Assembly (NCBI RefSeq): GCF_964355755.1
Contig: NC_092673.1
Location: 7,812,001-7,876,000 of the forward strand
Direction of reading: 5' to 3'
Length of the DNA stretch: 64,000 nucleotides
Source of the DNA: Antedon mediterranea
Lineage: Eukaryota; Animalia; Echinodermata
Shown here in pieces: positions 23,701 through 36,838 of the stretch. Below the pieces are notes generated by a model that was not told the DNA's origin, did not search any database, and saw only the letters and a list, made by a program, of their open reading frames with translations. The position numbers and the translations under genes are program-made. Each line of letters starts with the position of its first letter. Position 1 is the first letter of the stretch.

Positions 23701-26700
23701 TAAATAGGGGCCTAGTATTGTACTATTATATTTTTTATGGGCCCTGCTCTGGTCCCACTGAAGGGAACATCCTCAAACAACAAGTGGGCCCTGGATAAAG
23801 GTTGATTGTAGTAAAAAAAAAACGTTATATTTCCCCCTAGTTTGTTTCATAGAAAGTATCCTCATAACAGGAAATGACATGTAACACAAAATTGATCTTT
23901 AACTTTCTACATATAGTGCAGGGAAAAATTTCATTTGAAAATTTTGTTTAGCAAAATTGCTAATCAAACTGATTTTTGAGTCAAGAAACATGTTTTGTAT
24001 TGTATTTTTTGCTACACAATTGTAGAAATGTGTAGCAAAAAGGTTGTTTTGTATAGCTTTTTGCTATGCTACACTGGCGAAATTATTCCCTGTAGTGCTG
24101 CCTAAAGATCTGTCTACACTATCAAACTAGTTTGACAAAAAAAGTGTGATGTGCCCATATGGTAGTGATATGCCTAAATATGGTAGTATTATGACACTAT
24201 CATGTCTATATATGGGCACGTCACAGCACATAAAGTTTGATAGTGTAGAGAGTGCTTTAGAAGGCTTCACATTGTTAACTCATTTTTCAAAGTTTTCCAA
24301 ATTTATCGTACTTCTTTTAACCAGAACACAGTTAACGCCAAATACCCAGAGTGCACCCATCACTAGAAGTGGAACAATGAGAGCTCATCAGTTACATTAT
24401 CAACGTAAGTATTTTCATGTAAGAAGAAATATAGTGTTTTTCAGCCCTTTAATCAACTACTGTATTTATTAGGCAGTCAATTTAAGTAGATTTTGGAATT
24501 TTTTTGTCAATTTGGTGTTTAAAAAAAAATACAGCTCTGCATTTCAAAATTCTATTTTATTTTGTTTATTATAATTTTTTAAAGAAAAATATTTGCAGCC
24601 AAATTGATAACTTACAGTATTTTTGCAGTGAAACAGAGTTCAGGAAAGTTGTCATTGACATTTAGTATTTTAATGAAAAACATATTTTCTTTCAATTCAT
24701 TTCTCCTCAATTTTGCATAAATAAATAAAAACCAAATGTTAAAAACCACAGTTTTTCAAATCTTTTACATTTATAAAATTTTGTTTCCCAAATTTGTATA
24801 CATTTATTTTGTCACTGTGATTATATATTTAATTTCTGTATATCTTTTTTGATCCATAAGAATAAGGAAATAAAATAAAACACAGTAGGAATGTTACATG
24901 TTTTGATGTCAAAAATAAATCAATGTTTTCCTTTTCAGTTTTCTAATTATTATTTGTATTTCCTCTTTGCATGATTCTATAGCTACATCATGCAATGCCT
25001 ACCATAACAAGCAACTATTCTATAGCTACATCATGCAATACCTACCATAACAAGCAACTATTCTATAGCTACATCATGCAATACCTACCATAACAAGCAA
25101 CTATTCTATAGCTACATCATGCAATACCTACCATAACAAGCAACTATTCTATAGCTACATCATGCAATACCTACCATAACAAGCAACTATTCTATAGCTA
25201 CATCATGCAATACCTACCATAACAAGCAACTATTCTATAGCTACATCATGCAATACCTACCATAACAAGCAACTATTCTATAGCTACATCATGCAATACC
25301 TACCATAACAAGCAACTATTCTATAGCTACATCATGCAATACCTACCATAACAAGCAACTATTCTATAGCTACATCATGCAATACTTACCATAACAAGCA
25401 ACTATTCTATAGCTACATCATGCAATACCTACCATAACAAGCAACTATTCTATAGCTACATCATGCAATACCTACCATAACAAGCAACTATTCTATAGCT
25501 ACATCATGCAATACTTACCATAACAAGCAACTATTCTATAGCTACATCATGCAATACCTACCATAACAAGCAACTATTCTATAGCTACATCATGCAATAC
25601 CTACCATAACAAGCAACTATTCTATAGCTACATCATGCAATACCTACCATAACAATAACAAGCAACTATTCTATAGCTACATCATGCAATACCTACCATA
25701 ACAAGCAACTATTTTCTTTGATTTTTTTCAGCTCTAGATGGTGTGACATTTCAAATCAATAGTACTTTCAAAAGTTTAAATTCAATGTCTAGTGTAAGTT
25801 TATACAGTATTTATACAGTATTTATACAGTATTTATACAGTATTTATTTATTTATACAGTATTCTAATCAGTCGCCGGTGTCTACGTAAAGTTAAACTAG
25901 TGCCCTTTTAACACCTGCAAAAAATAACCAGGTTTGCATAATGTGAAGACAATTTTGAGGAAAATTTCGAGATTTCACAGGGATCCATTTGTTCTGAGTT
26001 TTTACTGCGCATGTGTGTATTGCCCATGGTATTAAACTGACCAATCATAATAATCGTATAGCTCGCAACTTTGCTTTCGTTTGCCAATATTTTTCACGGT
26101 TCGAATATGCGTGTATGAAAATGTGTAATAAATCGTAAGATCAAACCTGTTTTTTTTACAATTTATGTAGTTGTGAAAAAAGTATTAGACTTAAAGCTTT
26201 TTGCTCAATTCTTCTGAAATTTTTAAATTTGTGTGTAGACCAACTATTTTCATTCCCTGATATAAATTGGTTTATTCCTGTGCTAGTTGAGGGTTCTAAT
26301 TTTCTAGCTAGAAATCTACAGGCTTTAGTCTTTGAATCTGTAACTTTAGGCTTTAGAACTTTAAATATTAAGTGTCCCCTTGTATTTGAAATTAGATAAT
26401 ATTATTTTGACTCATAAAGTAGTTTCTTGTACAGGTTGTGTGAATTTTTTCTGTCTTATTGAATCAATGAATAATTATTGATAGATTCCAGGATGATTAT
26501 TATACAAATAATGAATGTTTATGAGTGCAATGGTACAAATAATGGCACGAGGTGAATGATGAAAGGTTATATCAACGAGGCAAAGCCGAGTTGATATAAC
26601 CTTTCATCATTCACCAAGTGCCATTATTTGTACCATTACACGAATACAAAACATTCATTATTTGTTTTATATAACATCTAGACGTTTTTTTTTCGTACAC

Positions 26701-26945
26701 AAAAATGTTTCAAAAAGTACTATTTAACGATCGTTGAATAGTGCGTACTATTGCACGCCATGTGACCCACATTCGTCCAATCAAATGACAGGAATTTATA
26801 TAGGTGTTATATAAAATCAATTAATTTTCTCTTACAGTACTATGTACCGAAAATTCCGTACTTAACACCTGAACAGATAGAAGAAAAATATAAATATGAT
26901 TTCCAAACAGAGAGAATTGCGGAGAGAAGAATTGTAAATCCTTAG
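20779..26945 (+). CDS. MVB12: Multivesicular body subunit 12 (ESCRT-I; MABP + UMA domains), spliced
   Basis: Exons: 20779-20868, 21275-21379, 22196-22292, 22705-22834, 23305-23418, 24325-24404, 25732-25793, 26838-26945, phase-consistent with GT-AG boundaries. MABP region: MVEKILPPDYPITDIFIVSEKSYCPSGYQVIDLTTDGQDADLWKDSFLKKTKRYLCFTR. It is followed by a Pro-rich linker and the UMA region PLDGVTFQIN...IEEKYKYDFQTER, ending at TAG 26943-26945. Confidence 0.92.
22793..22930 (+). repeat. 47-bp tandem triplication spanning the MVB12 exon 4 donor
   Basis: TAAAAATACAAAATATCCTATTGCAGAATCACATGGTAGGGGGTAAG twice, plus a third copy ending CACATGGTGAGT. Confidence 0.92.
24103..24259. mobile_element. Short MITE, AGCTCTGTCTACAC...GTGTAGACAGAGCT family (possibly PIF/Harbinger); other copies 29140-29304, 9194-9331, ~27815-27975
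   Basis: The copies share the same TIRs and internal catcactaccatatttg repeats at four sites. Confidence 0.7.
24975..25713. repeat. 43-bp minisatellite, about 17 copies, in MVB12 intron 6
   Basis: (CTATAGCTACATCATGCAATACCTACCATAACAAGCAACTATT)n, nearly identical copies. Confidence 0.97.
26506..26662. repeat. Long hairpin (about 70-bp arms) with GGCAAAGCC apex; palindromic dispersed element
   Basis: aatgaatgttt...aatggtacaaataatggcacgaggtgaatgatgaaaggttatatcaac pairs with gttgatataacctttcatcattcaccaagtgccattatttgtaccatt...aaacattcatt. Confidence 0.85.
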
Positions 26946-27128
26946 AAACAATCTGAAAATTAGATTGCAAAAAGGCAGGATTGCGTCTGTAACTTTTTTA
27001 ACAAGCTAAGTCTGTGTCTTCTTTACACTTGTCTACTCACAGTGCTGATTGCCTCAATAGAAAGCCTGGACATTTTATATAAGTAACTCTTGTTTTCAGT
27101 TTCAGTTTATATATAAACTATAAAATTA

Positions 27129-27445
27129 GGGGAGTGAGTGGCCGAGCGGTTAAGACAGTGGAACCGTAATTACGTAGCCATAACATCGGCAGGGGTTCGA
27201 GGCTCACTCACTCCATGGTTCTGGTGGTAGAACGAGTCTTCTCGGATAAGGACTATAAACCGTAGGTCCAGTGTACACATCTAGCTTGTGTGCACTTTAA
27301 AGAACCTAGTACATCTTTCGAGACGAGTAGGGGGTTACCCCGGTGTATTAGTACATTACAGCCACTGATCACCAACTGGGCCCTCTGGGAGACCAGTCTT
27401 TGACTGAAGAGGTTACCCAGTATAAATATATATTCAATCAATCAA
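27129..27445 (+). mobile_element. Full-length tRNA-derived SINE with Deu(Nin)-like central domain, just downstream of the MVB12 stop
   Basis: A box TGGCCGAGCGG and B box GGTTCGAGGC. Core tcggataaggactataaaccgtaggtcc...ttaaagaacc...gagtagggggttaccccggtgt. (TCAA)n tail. Confidence 0.85.
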
Positions 27446-29657
27446 TATAAACATCAAGTTTCTTTATAGCATATTAAAAAAATCAGTTTGACAAGAAGGT
27501 ATAGGAGAAATGCTATTGTATTATTAATTTATTTGATCAATACCAAATGATCAGTAATTCATTTTACACCGAAATACCCGGTTTTGTCAAATTTTATGAT
27601 TGGTAGACATTGTACGTTTAATATGATGACCACTGGACATGATGGTACAATTGTTTACCCTTTCATATTGCTTAGCAGATCTCAGAAGTTGATACATACT
27701 GGCGTTTTGTTCGATGTGCGCCCCAGTGTGTGTAAACTCCGAAAGAACATGTGAAAGGTGTATTTCTTTATTAATGGAATTGTACTTGGAATGTGCTATT
27801 TTGCATTTTAAACTTGTCGAAACTTTATCAAAATATGTTTTCCAGTGTTGTTCCATTGTATGTAAATAATAATCTTTTTTTATGTTGTGCCAAATATGGT
27901 GGTGATATTCCCAAATATGGTATTGATGTGACATCATCATATTTACATATGGATACAGCACATTTTGTTGTCACATTAAGCTTAAATCTATATTCTCAAT
28001 ACTTAGTTATCCGCACCTTGGCGGATAACTCCTTGTTTAGTTTTTGATATTACCATATGTAGGCTGAGAAAATTCAGTTTACTATCAATATGTATAATTC
28101 ACCAAACTATTTAAGTTTGTTGGTAGGTCCCATGCACTGTATACACACTGTAAATTTACATAAACCAAAAGCGTAGTGTAGTCAATTATATATATAATTA
28201 TAATTATGTACTCAGGAATGCACTATTTAAACATTAGTTTGGTAATAGTCAAGATAGATTGTGCCACCATGTGCCGAATTTCGGCTATATAACCTTCAAC
28301 TAATCTACAGTACATAATTATGTTAATCCAAATGTAAATATGTGGGCATATAGGCCTACCTAACTTGATAGGACCGTTTAAATGCATCTATTGCCTTGGC
28401 AATTAGATATACAAATAGTAGTAGAAAAACCTCTCTTTTTTTGGAAATTATATAAGTGTACTCTTTCTCGTGAAACGAATGAGGGGCAATGTATGTTTTA
28501 TCTTTGCAGCATTTTGCTGGGTCCCGAAGGTGTCTCCTAATAGGGGTTCAACTGTAAAATCATCATTAACAACATAACTTTTTAACAAAAAATTGTTGTA
28601 ATATATATAAAAATAGATTATAATGAGTGCATTTATTTAATAATTTATTAATGGACCTATACGGTTTACTTTACAGTATTTTCAAAAGAATTGTTTAATA
28701 GGATCGTTGTTAACTAAACTGAAAACTGTAAATAGAAATCTGACTTATTTATTAGTTTCGGGTTCAATTTGAGTTGTAATTTGTGTACCATCAAAAAACC
28801 TATGGGTTTGATTGATGTACAGCGTTACCGTACGTAAGACCCCTTCTTTCAAGACAACGTTCCAATGAAATGAACGAGGGAGCAATATATGTTTACTCCA
28901 GCCAAACCCTAATCACCCCTAATCAGAGGAACGTCCCTGAATTTGTTTGTTTTTACGTTAAGGCTGAATTTGAATGTTATTATTTTTTCAAATACCTATG
29001 TATGTTATTCCGGATGACAATATTAAAATTTAATTTGGCCTAATGGCAAATGATATCCAGGACTGATGATATCGCTCATTTAAATTTCTAAGCGTAAAAA
29101 GAAAATGCTAAGTTTATACATACCCTTATTTCCTACTGTTAAAGCTCTGTCTACATTATCAAATTTTATGGGACAAGAAAATGTGATGTGCCCATATATG
29201 GACATGGTGATGTCATAGCACTACTATATTTGGGCATATTACTACCATAATTGGCCACATTACTTTTTTTTGTCAAACTAGTTTGAAAGTGTAGACAGAG
29301 CTTTGATACAATTCTAATTGTTCTATATTAATTTTCTCTAACGTCATTAATGTTCTCCCTAACGTCATCAATTTTCTATGCTATAGGCCTAACTGTAATT
29401 TAGGTAAAAGGTTATACAATTAGAATAACGCGATACTTCCTGGATTACACCCGTCGTCTACAGTATACTCCCAGAAAACTACTAGTATACATCCTAACTA
29501 GATGACACGGCTCTCAATACAAAATTTGGACTCCCAATGGAAACTAATTGGGTTGTCCTGAATCTATTCATCTTCATATAATTATTTCTCCTTTGTTTTT
29601 CCTGATGTTTTATCATTTGACTGTTATTTATGTATCGATCTGTTTTTAAAAATATGT

Positions 29658-30041
29658 ATGATGTATGAAAGCTGTGAGATGTGGTTTCTAAGGAGAATGA
29701 TGAGAATTCCATGGACAGATAGAGTTAGTATTGAAGATGTATTGATAAGAGCTGGAGTGTGCAGGAAACTACTGAAGGATATTAGGATTAGACAGATGAG
29801 ATTCATGGGACATGTGTTGAGGAAGGGAGGTCTGGAGAACTTGGCATTAACTGGAAAGATAGAAGGACGAAGGGGGAGAAAAAGAGTTACTTGGTTGGGC
29901 AGCATAGCTAAATGGATTCGGAATAGAGGCGAGAATACCAAAGAAGTGGAGTTGCTGAACATGTCAATAGACAGAGAATTGTGGCACAACATGATCGCCT
30001 CCTAGTCTCATGATATGGCACTTCGAGAGAGAGAGAGAGAG
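29658..30041 (+). mobile_element. 5'-truncated RTE-clade LINE (3' end)
   Basis: EMWFLRRMMRIPWTDRVS...RQMRFMGHVLRK...GKIEGRRGR; (GA)n tail. Confidence 0.88.
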
Positions 30042-31071
30042 ATATATAAATAATATTCTAAATAAACGATTTTCTATCGATAACTATACCAGAGACGTAA
30101 CTAGCTACACTGTAAGATGATACTCCGAAGACGACTGCAATCTCAGATACGTCCCCATCCAGATAACTAGACCATTTATACAATACCCTAGACGATATTC
30201 TCTGGATATAACTACCCTAGATGATACTCACCAAACAACTACATCCTCAGACAATATTTCAAAGACCACCACACACTCGGACGATATTCTCAAAGACGAC
30301 ATCACGTACCCTCAGACGATACTTCCGTAAAGACAACTATCACACCCTAGACGATATTTCCGACCAAGGCATGAACACTCGGACGACTCCTAAGGCAGAC
30401 TCCCAAGACAACTACAATGTCATGTACCCTCAAACGATACTCCCAAGACAAACAAACACCGTCTAGACGATACTCCGGCCAAGGCAACCCTCAGACGATA
30501 ATACTGTACTTCCATGAAGCAATACTACACGTATTCTTAGACGATACTCCCAAGACATGAACTACAAGTAGACTATCCTCAGACGATTCCAAGGAAAACA
30601 ACTATATCACGTATCTTCATGCGATCTCCCAAGAAATACACGTATCATCCTCAGACGATACTTGCAAGACAACTACACGTATCCTCAGACGATACTCCCA
30701 AGACAATACACTTATCTTCAAATGATACTCCCTCCCAAGACAACTACACGTATCCTCAGACGATACTCCCAAGACAACTACACGTATCCTCAGACGATAC
30801 TCCCAAGACAACTAAACGTATCCTCAGACGATACTCTCAAGACAACTACACGTATCCTCAGACGATACTCTCAAGTCAACTACACGTATCCTCAGACGAT
30901 ACTTCCAAGACAACTACACGTCTCCTCAGACGATACTCTTAAGACAACTACACATATCCTCAGACAATACTCCCAAGACAACTACACGTATCCTCAGACG
31001 ATACTCTCAAATCAACTACACGTATCCTCAGACGATACTCTCAAGACAACTACACGTATCATCAGACGATA

Positions 31072-32473
31072 ATCATCAATAAAGGCAATAGAGTCATTGC
31101 TTATATTAAGTCAATTATAGACCGATTTGATAATTTTAGTAGAATTTTCTATGGTGACATTCTATGGAAAACAATTGCTCTTCCTACAATAAATTATGCT
31201 TGTTCAGTGTGGGTTAGCCAAAGCAGGAAAGATATTGATAAAATTGAGTCACTTCAATTACAAATGGCGCGGTACATCTTAAAAGCTAGTAGAAATACAC
31301 CTAAAGAGGCCTTGTATGGGGATTTAGGGTGGGTTCCAATTAAAGTTATTCAAGATATATCTAGAGCCAAATTTATTAATTATGTAATGAACATGGATAA
31401 ACACCGTTGGCCTAACTTTATGCTTAATACGTGTCTAAGTTCAACTACAAATGTAGACCACGCTATAAACTGATTCCCAGTTTTGCTAAGACGTGTGCGT
31501 CTATTAATATGGACATTGACTCAATTTTCGAAACTTCCTACCTTGGCAATGACCCTGATAGTCATTGGGTTAAGAGATTTAAAGAGTTGATGCATAACAC
31601 AAACATTGCATTTTGGAAAAGTGAAATGCTAAGAAAATCGTCACTTCAGACATACTCTCTTATTAAGTCTAATCCGTGCCTTGAAAAATATTTATTGGAT
31701 TGTACAGACTTTCTAGGATCTAGCCTCAAATTCAAACTACGTTCTAACACCCTTCCTTTAGGTCACAGGAGTTGTAAGTGGCTTCCTGAATATGATGGTA
31801 TCTGTAAAATGTGTAAGAATGGTTTAGAAGACATTCAACATTTTCTATTCACATGTAACCAACTCAATGGCATAAGGATTGAAGAATATACCAAATTAGA
31901 ATATATGTTAATCGATATCAATCATTTAGATGTATGGGAAAATTTTATCTCTGGTGACCTGAACACCAAATTAAATCTTGTATTAGGTGGAACTGATAAC
32001 TACTATCATTATATGTATGACGTCGATTCCATATCAAATATCTTTGATTGTTACTGTAAGCACTATGTTAAAAGAGCTTGGGCACACAGATGTATTGTTC
32101 TAGGCGAGTAATGTTCATATCAATCAAACTAAATGATTGATATCTATCTCACTAAATGATTGATATCTATCTCATTATAGTGTTAGGTCTACATTGTTGT
32201 TGCCCAATTCATTTTATATTGTACAGTTCCTACCTATTCTATATGTTTATTTCTTGTAATTTTGTATTTTTAGGTGTCAGTTCAATGGTATTGTAGTTAC
32301 TGTAGTTGAATTGTTTTGACATGTTGACCTACGTCGACTTTTTATTGTAATTGTTATTTTCTATATCATGTTTTTTTTTTTTTTTTTGTATATTTCTCTT
32401 GGATGCACCTTCCATTTGGTCGAGTGCCACTGTTGTAAAAGTGTAATCTCCAAATAAATTATTATTATTATTA
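31072..32473 (+). mobile_element. 5'-truncated LINE (RTE-X-like) with C-terminal CCHC finger and (TTA)n tail
   Basis: Thumb-like LWKTIALPTINYACSVW...LYGDLGW, then LEKYL...KLRSNTLPL...CKMC...EDIQHFLFTC. One frameshift near 31440-31470. The tail is aataaattattattatta. Confidence 0.8.
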
Positions 32474-33044
32474 CTCTCAAGACAACTACACGTATCCTCA
32501 GACAATACTTTCCAGACAACTACCAATATCCTCAGACTCCCAAGACAACTACACGTATCCTCAGACGATACTCTCAAATCAACTACACGTATCCTCAGAC
32601 GATACTCTCAAGAAAACTACACGTATCCTCAGACAATACTCTCAAGAAAACTACACGTATCCTCAGACAATACTCCCCAGACAACTACCAGTATCCTCAG
32701 ACGATACTCTCAAGACAACTACACGGATCCTCAGCCGATACTCTCAAGAAAACTACACGTATCCTCAGACGATACTCCCAAGACAACTACATGTATCCTC
32801 AGACGATACCAAAGAAGACAACTACACGTATCATCAGACGGTATTTCAAAGACAAATACAACCTCATCGATACTCTCAACAACTAAACCCCACTAGAGAA
32901 TACTCCTAAGAGTAAGACAACACCCTTAATAGGCATACATACTTCCAAGACACCAATACACGTGACCCTAGGACGATACTCCCAAACAAATTAGTATTAC
33001 ACCTTTGTACAACCTCACCTTTAGACGATACTCTCCAAAATATA

Positions 33045-34547
33045 CCTTATGTGAAACATGGCTTAATATCTACGTTAACGACGGTGAACTTAGCTTCCCG
33101 GGTTACAAGTTATACCGTTTGGATCGTATAAATAAGCGAGGTTGGAGGACGTTTGATTCTTGTTAGCAATCGGTTTAAGTCAACCAGACTGGTTCAATAC
33201 GAAATTACTGGCAGTGAAACTATGTGGATTGCATTGAACTAAAGGCTTCAAATAGAAAAACGTGTATTGTTGGACTGCCCTATATGGAGCTTCTTCATTA
33301 ATCTCTCAAGCTTATATATGAATCCTCTAAGGCTTAATTGTGCTTAGTCGGTGATTTTAACCTACCCGAATTTCAGTGGAACGACGACAGTAGTCATACT
33401 TTTAAATCCAACTCTGCTATTAATGTTTGTTTTTCTGATCAAATTCTTAACCATTTTAACCTCTTCTTAAAAATTTGGCATTTGCGATCCTCTTTTATCT
33501 TGGATTCGTAACTATTTTGACAATCGTTTCCAACGTGTTAACTTTAATGGTTGCACATCTACGTGGTTGCCCGTTATATCCGGAGTTCCGCAGGGTTCCA
33601 TATTGGGACCTTTGCTCTTCTCTGTTTGTCAACGATGTTTCCGAAATTTGTGTTCACTCGCAATGCCTCATTTTTGTATATTTTGGATATTAAATTGTAT
33701 CGGATAGTTAATACTATTATTGATTCTCTTCTTATTCAGCAAGATCTTGTTAGGCTATGTAATTGGTCTGACACATGGAAAATGTCTGATTCTTACTTTA
33801 TCACTTAAAAAACAAATTATTAATTTTAATTACACTATTAACGGACTTTCTATTGATAGGGTTAACTTTCAAAAAGGATCTTGGCATTTATATTGATTGA
33901 TTACTAAACATGTTTATCATATTGTTGCTAAGAGTAATAGAATGTTAGGTATGCTTTGGCGTCATAATAAAAAATATCGACAGTGTTACTTAAACTTTAT
34001 GTCTTTCTTGGCCGACCTATTTTTGACTTTTCCTCAACAATTTACAATTCCATTTCGATCTCCCAATCAAATCGTATCGAACGGGTTCAATCCAAATTTA
34101 TTTACTTTATTAACCATAACAATCCTGGTCCTTTAATTCATTTTCCTCCGCTTTATACTCGGTTTTTCTTTTTAAATTCTTCAACTCCCTTTTTAAATGT
34201 AATATTTTGTCATTTTTTTCTCTCAAAATTAATCGACCAAACTCTCGCAACACCGACTTATTTTCCCTAGCCCGTTGTCGAGTCAACGTAACCAAAAATG
34301 GTTTCATTCAAAGATTATCAAAGCTTTTTAATTCCATATCTATTAACGATAAGACTATCGATATTTTGTTGACACTTTGTCCAAATTTAAGTCTAAAGTT
34401 TTTTTAAAAATCGATTTAAGTTTGCTAATTTGTATGTTTCCTGTTTTGTATTTTTATGTGCTTTTAATTTTATATTTATATCTTAAGAGTTTTAAGGCAT
34501 CCTGTAATTTTTCGTTGTTGGATGTGGTTAAAATAAAAAAATAAATA
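33045..34547 (+). mobile_element. Degenerate, internally deleted CR1-clade LINE
   Basis: APE remnants ETWL, GYKLYRLDR, GDFNLP. RT remnant SGVPQGSILG. Tail aaataaaaaaataaata. Confidence 0.8.
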
Positions 34548-34939
34548 CCCTCAGACGATCTTCCAAGACAACTAAACACTCCCATATGGATTAATTAATC
34601 CATGGTACTCCGAAGACAAATATAGCAGAAGATAGGCCTACTCCCAGAAAACTTACCCTAGAAAATACTCCCAACAAGTAGGCCTACACGTACCTTCGGG
34701 AGACGATACGCCCCAAACATTAATAACTACACCCTCAGACGATACTCCCAAGACAACTACCGTAAACGTACGTATCCCCACATTAATAACTACACGTATA
34801 CTCAGATGATACTCCCAAGACAACTAGGCCTACACGTATTCTCAGACGATTCCAGAGACAACTACACGTTCAGACGATACTCCCAAGACAACTTACAACC
34901 TCACCGATACTCTCAAGTCTCAACAACTACACCCCATTC

Positions 34940-36260
34940 GTGGCACCAATGATGCCACCTTTATGACCAAACGTTTTCAGCAAATCACGAACGATCAATC
35001 AACAACGAGACAGGATATCTTCTTTTTGTCGATCTATCTGCCGCGTTTTTTATGATATCGCTAGATCCGCTGGCTCTTGACATCTATACGCCTTCGTTTA
35101 CCACCAGAACTCGAAAACACTACCCTTATTGATATTCTTCAAATTTTTACTAAAACACTACAATAGATGTTAAAGGACGAAACGTACCAACAACCGCTGG
35201 TGTTCGTCAAGGAGGTCCCGAATCACCTCCATTGTTTGATTTACCGTATATATTGACTGTAATGAGAATGTCATGCATCACGCAACCAATCAGAGATTAG
35301 ATTTATTTCAATTCAAATATCGAATACTTACTACTCGCGAAGAACGTGCAACTATTAAACGTTGACCAACTGTTGGCACACCGCAACCGCAACTCGATTG
35401 GGCAGGTTACGCCGATGATATTGTGTTATATCTATTTTCGTTTGCTTCTCTCAAATCATCACTTTCCCTGATCGATTCCATTTTCAAACAATTCAAACTG
35501 AAAATAATGCGACTAAAACAGAAACCATGAATACCAATCGTAAATTCACATATGGAGAAGATGTTTATCCCAAGAGTGATCTCTTGATGGAAAACCTATC
35601 CAAAACACTGACAAGTTTCGCTATCTTGGCTCTCAAATCGTCCATGACCAGAATACCACAGGAGACTGCTGGGAATTTAATAGTCGCATCGAACCTGCCA
35701 AAAACAAATTTTCGTCAAAGAAGAATGTTTTATTAAATCACAATATTCTTCTCCAAACTCGTTTGATTTTCTTAATATATTCGAAGTCGATTGACATTCA
35801 ATTGTACAATCAAATAAACTTGATTCGCCTGGGGTACGTTTTTAAGACGAATGATCCGTAATGGTTATCGGCGAAAAAACACTTTAGATGATGAATGTTA
35901 TAAACTGTATTATACCAACATCGACATAAACAATATATGTAAGACATTTGATTTATTTACATTCATCAAAACCCAGCAACGACATTATGCTGCACATCTT
36001 ATTGTTTCCACATTATTTTTACTGTTGTATTCAAATTGTACTACAAATTGGAGAAGTTTGATGGAAAAAGACTTGAGTGTCGTGTGGATTCGTCAGATTC
36101 AGAACTTCTTATCCAATAATGATCGAATGACGAATATTCTTCCAAGATGACAAATGCTCTTCGCGTGGTAGAAATACGAACACGTTATTCAAACAAGTTC
36201 TAGATAATGTTGGAATGGTCAAACAAGCCTTCATTAACAACTCGAAGTTCTTTGATATAG
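34940..36260 (+). mobile_element. Degenerate LINE reverse transcriptase fragment (RTE-like)
   Basis: LLFVDLSAAF, GVRQGGPESPPLF, GYADD, with many frameshifts. Confidence 0.75.
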
Positions 36261-36838
36261 TATTCACATAATGTGTTGCTAGGCAAAAATTCGAGGCCTA
36301 GCCTAGTTTAAAGTTAGCCAGCCTAGTAGGCCTAGTAGTAGAGGCCTAATTAATATGTTAGCCATCCCTTCCTTCTGGACCAGTCCCTAAAATAGTAGCT
36401 ATAGGCTAGGCTAGGTAGCCTGCTTGCCTACTAGTAGTAAGTAGTAGGCTAGCTAGGCCTATCTATTATTAGTTAGGGTTAGGCCCACTAGGCCTAGGGC
36501 CTCTAGTCTAGGCCCTAATTAATAGCCTAGTATTAATAATTCTATTAATAATAGGCTAGTACCTCCTATCTCCTACTACTAGGCCTACTACTACTAGCTA
36601 GGCAGGCCTATAATACTAATAGGCATGATGGATGGTGGTGGCGCGCCCCGGCATGTCTAGCAAAAAGGTACAGCCGTACAGCGTACTACTACTAAGGATA
36701 ATGCCCTAGCCTCTATTCTAGGCGCGCCTAGAAGACTGTATCTAGGCTAGTAAAGCTTATTTATTACTAGGCATAGGTAGGCCTAGTCTAGGCCTTATTT
36801 AGCAGCCAAACTAGGCCTAACCTAAAAAAAAAACCTAG

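Larger units (their letters stand above)
30080..34935. repeat. 34-bp satellite (CCTCAGACGATACTCCCAAGACAACTACACGTAT)n in three blocks split by LINE insertions
   Basis: Blocks at about 30080-31071, 32474-33035 and 34547-34935, with a homogeneous core and degenerate edges. Confidence 0.93.

Noticed and set aside
27129-27215. tRNA gene
   Set aside because: A and B boxes are present, but the sequence continues into a SINE body and tail, with no proper cloverleaf or terminator. The fragment at about 23181-23250 is likewise a decayed tRNA-like head.
30221-31072. Repetitive ORFs or a CRISPR-like array in the 34-bp repeat
   Set aside because: Head-to-tail satellite with no unique spacers and no cas genes, in a eukaryotic context. 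The same applies to the 43-bp and 45/32-bp arrays.
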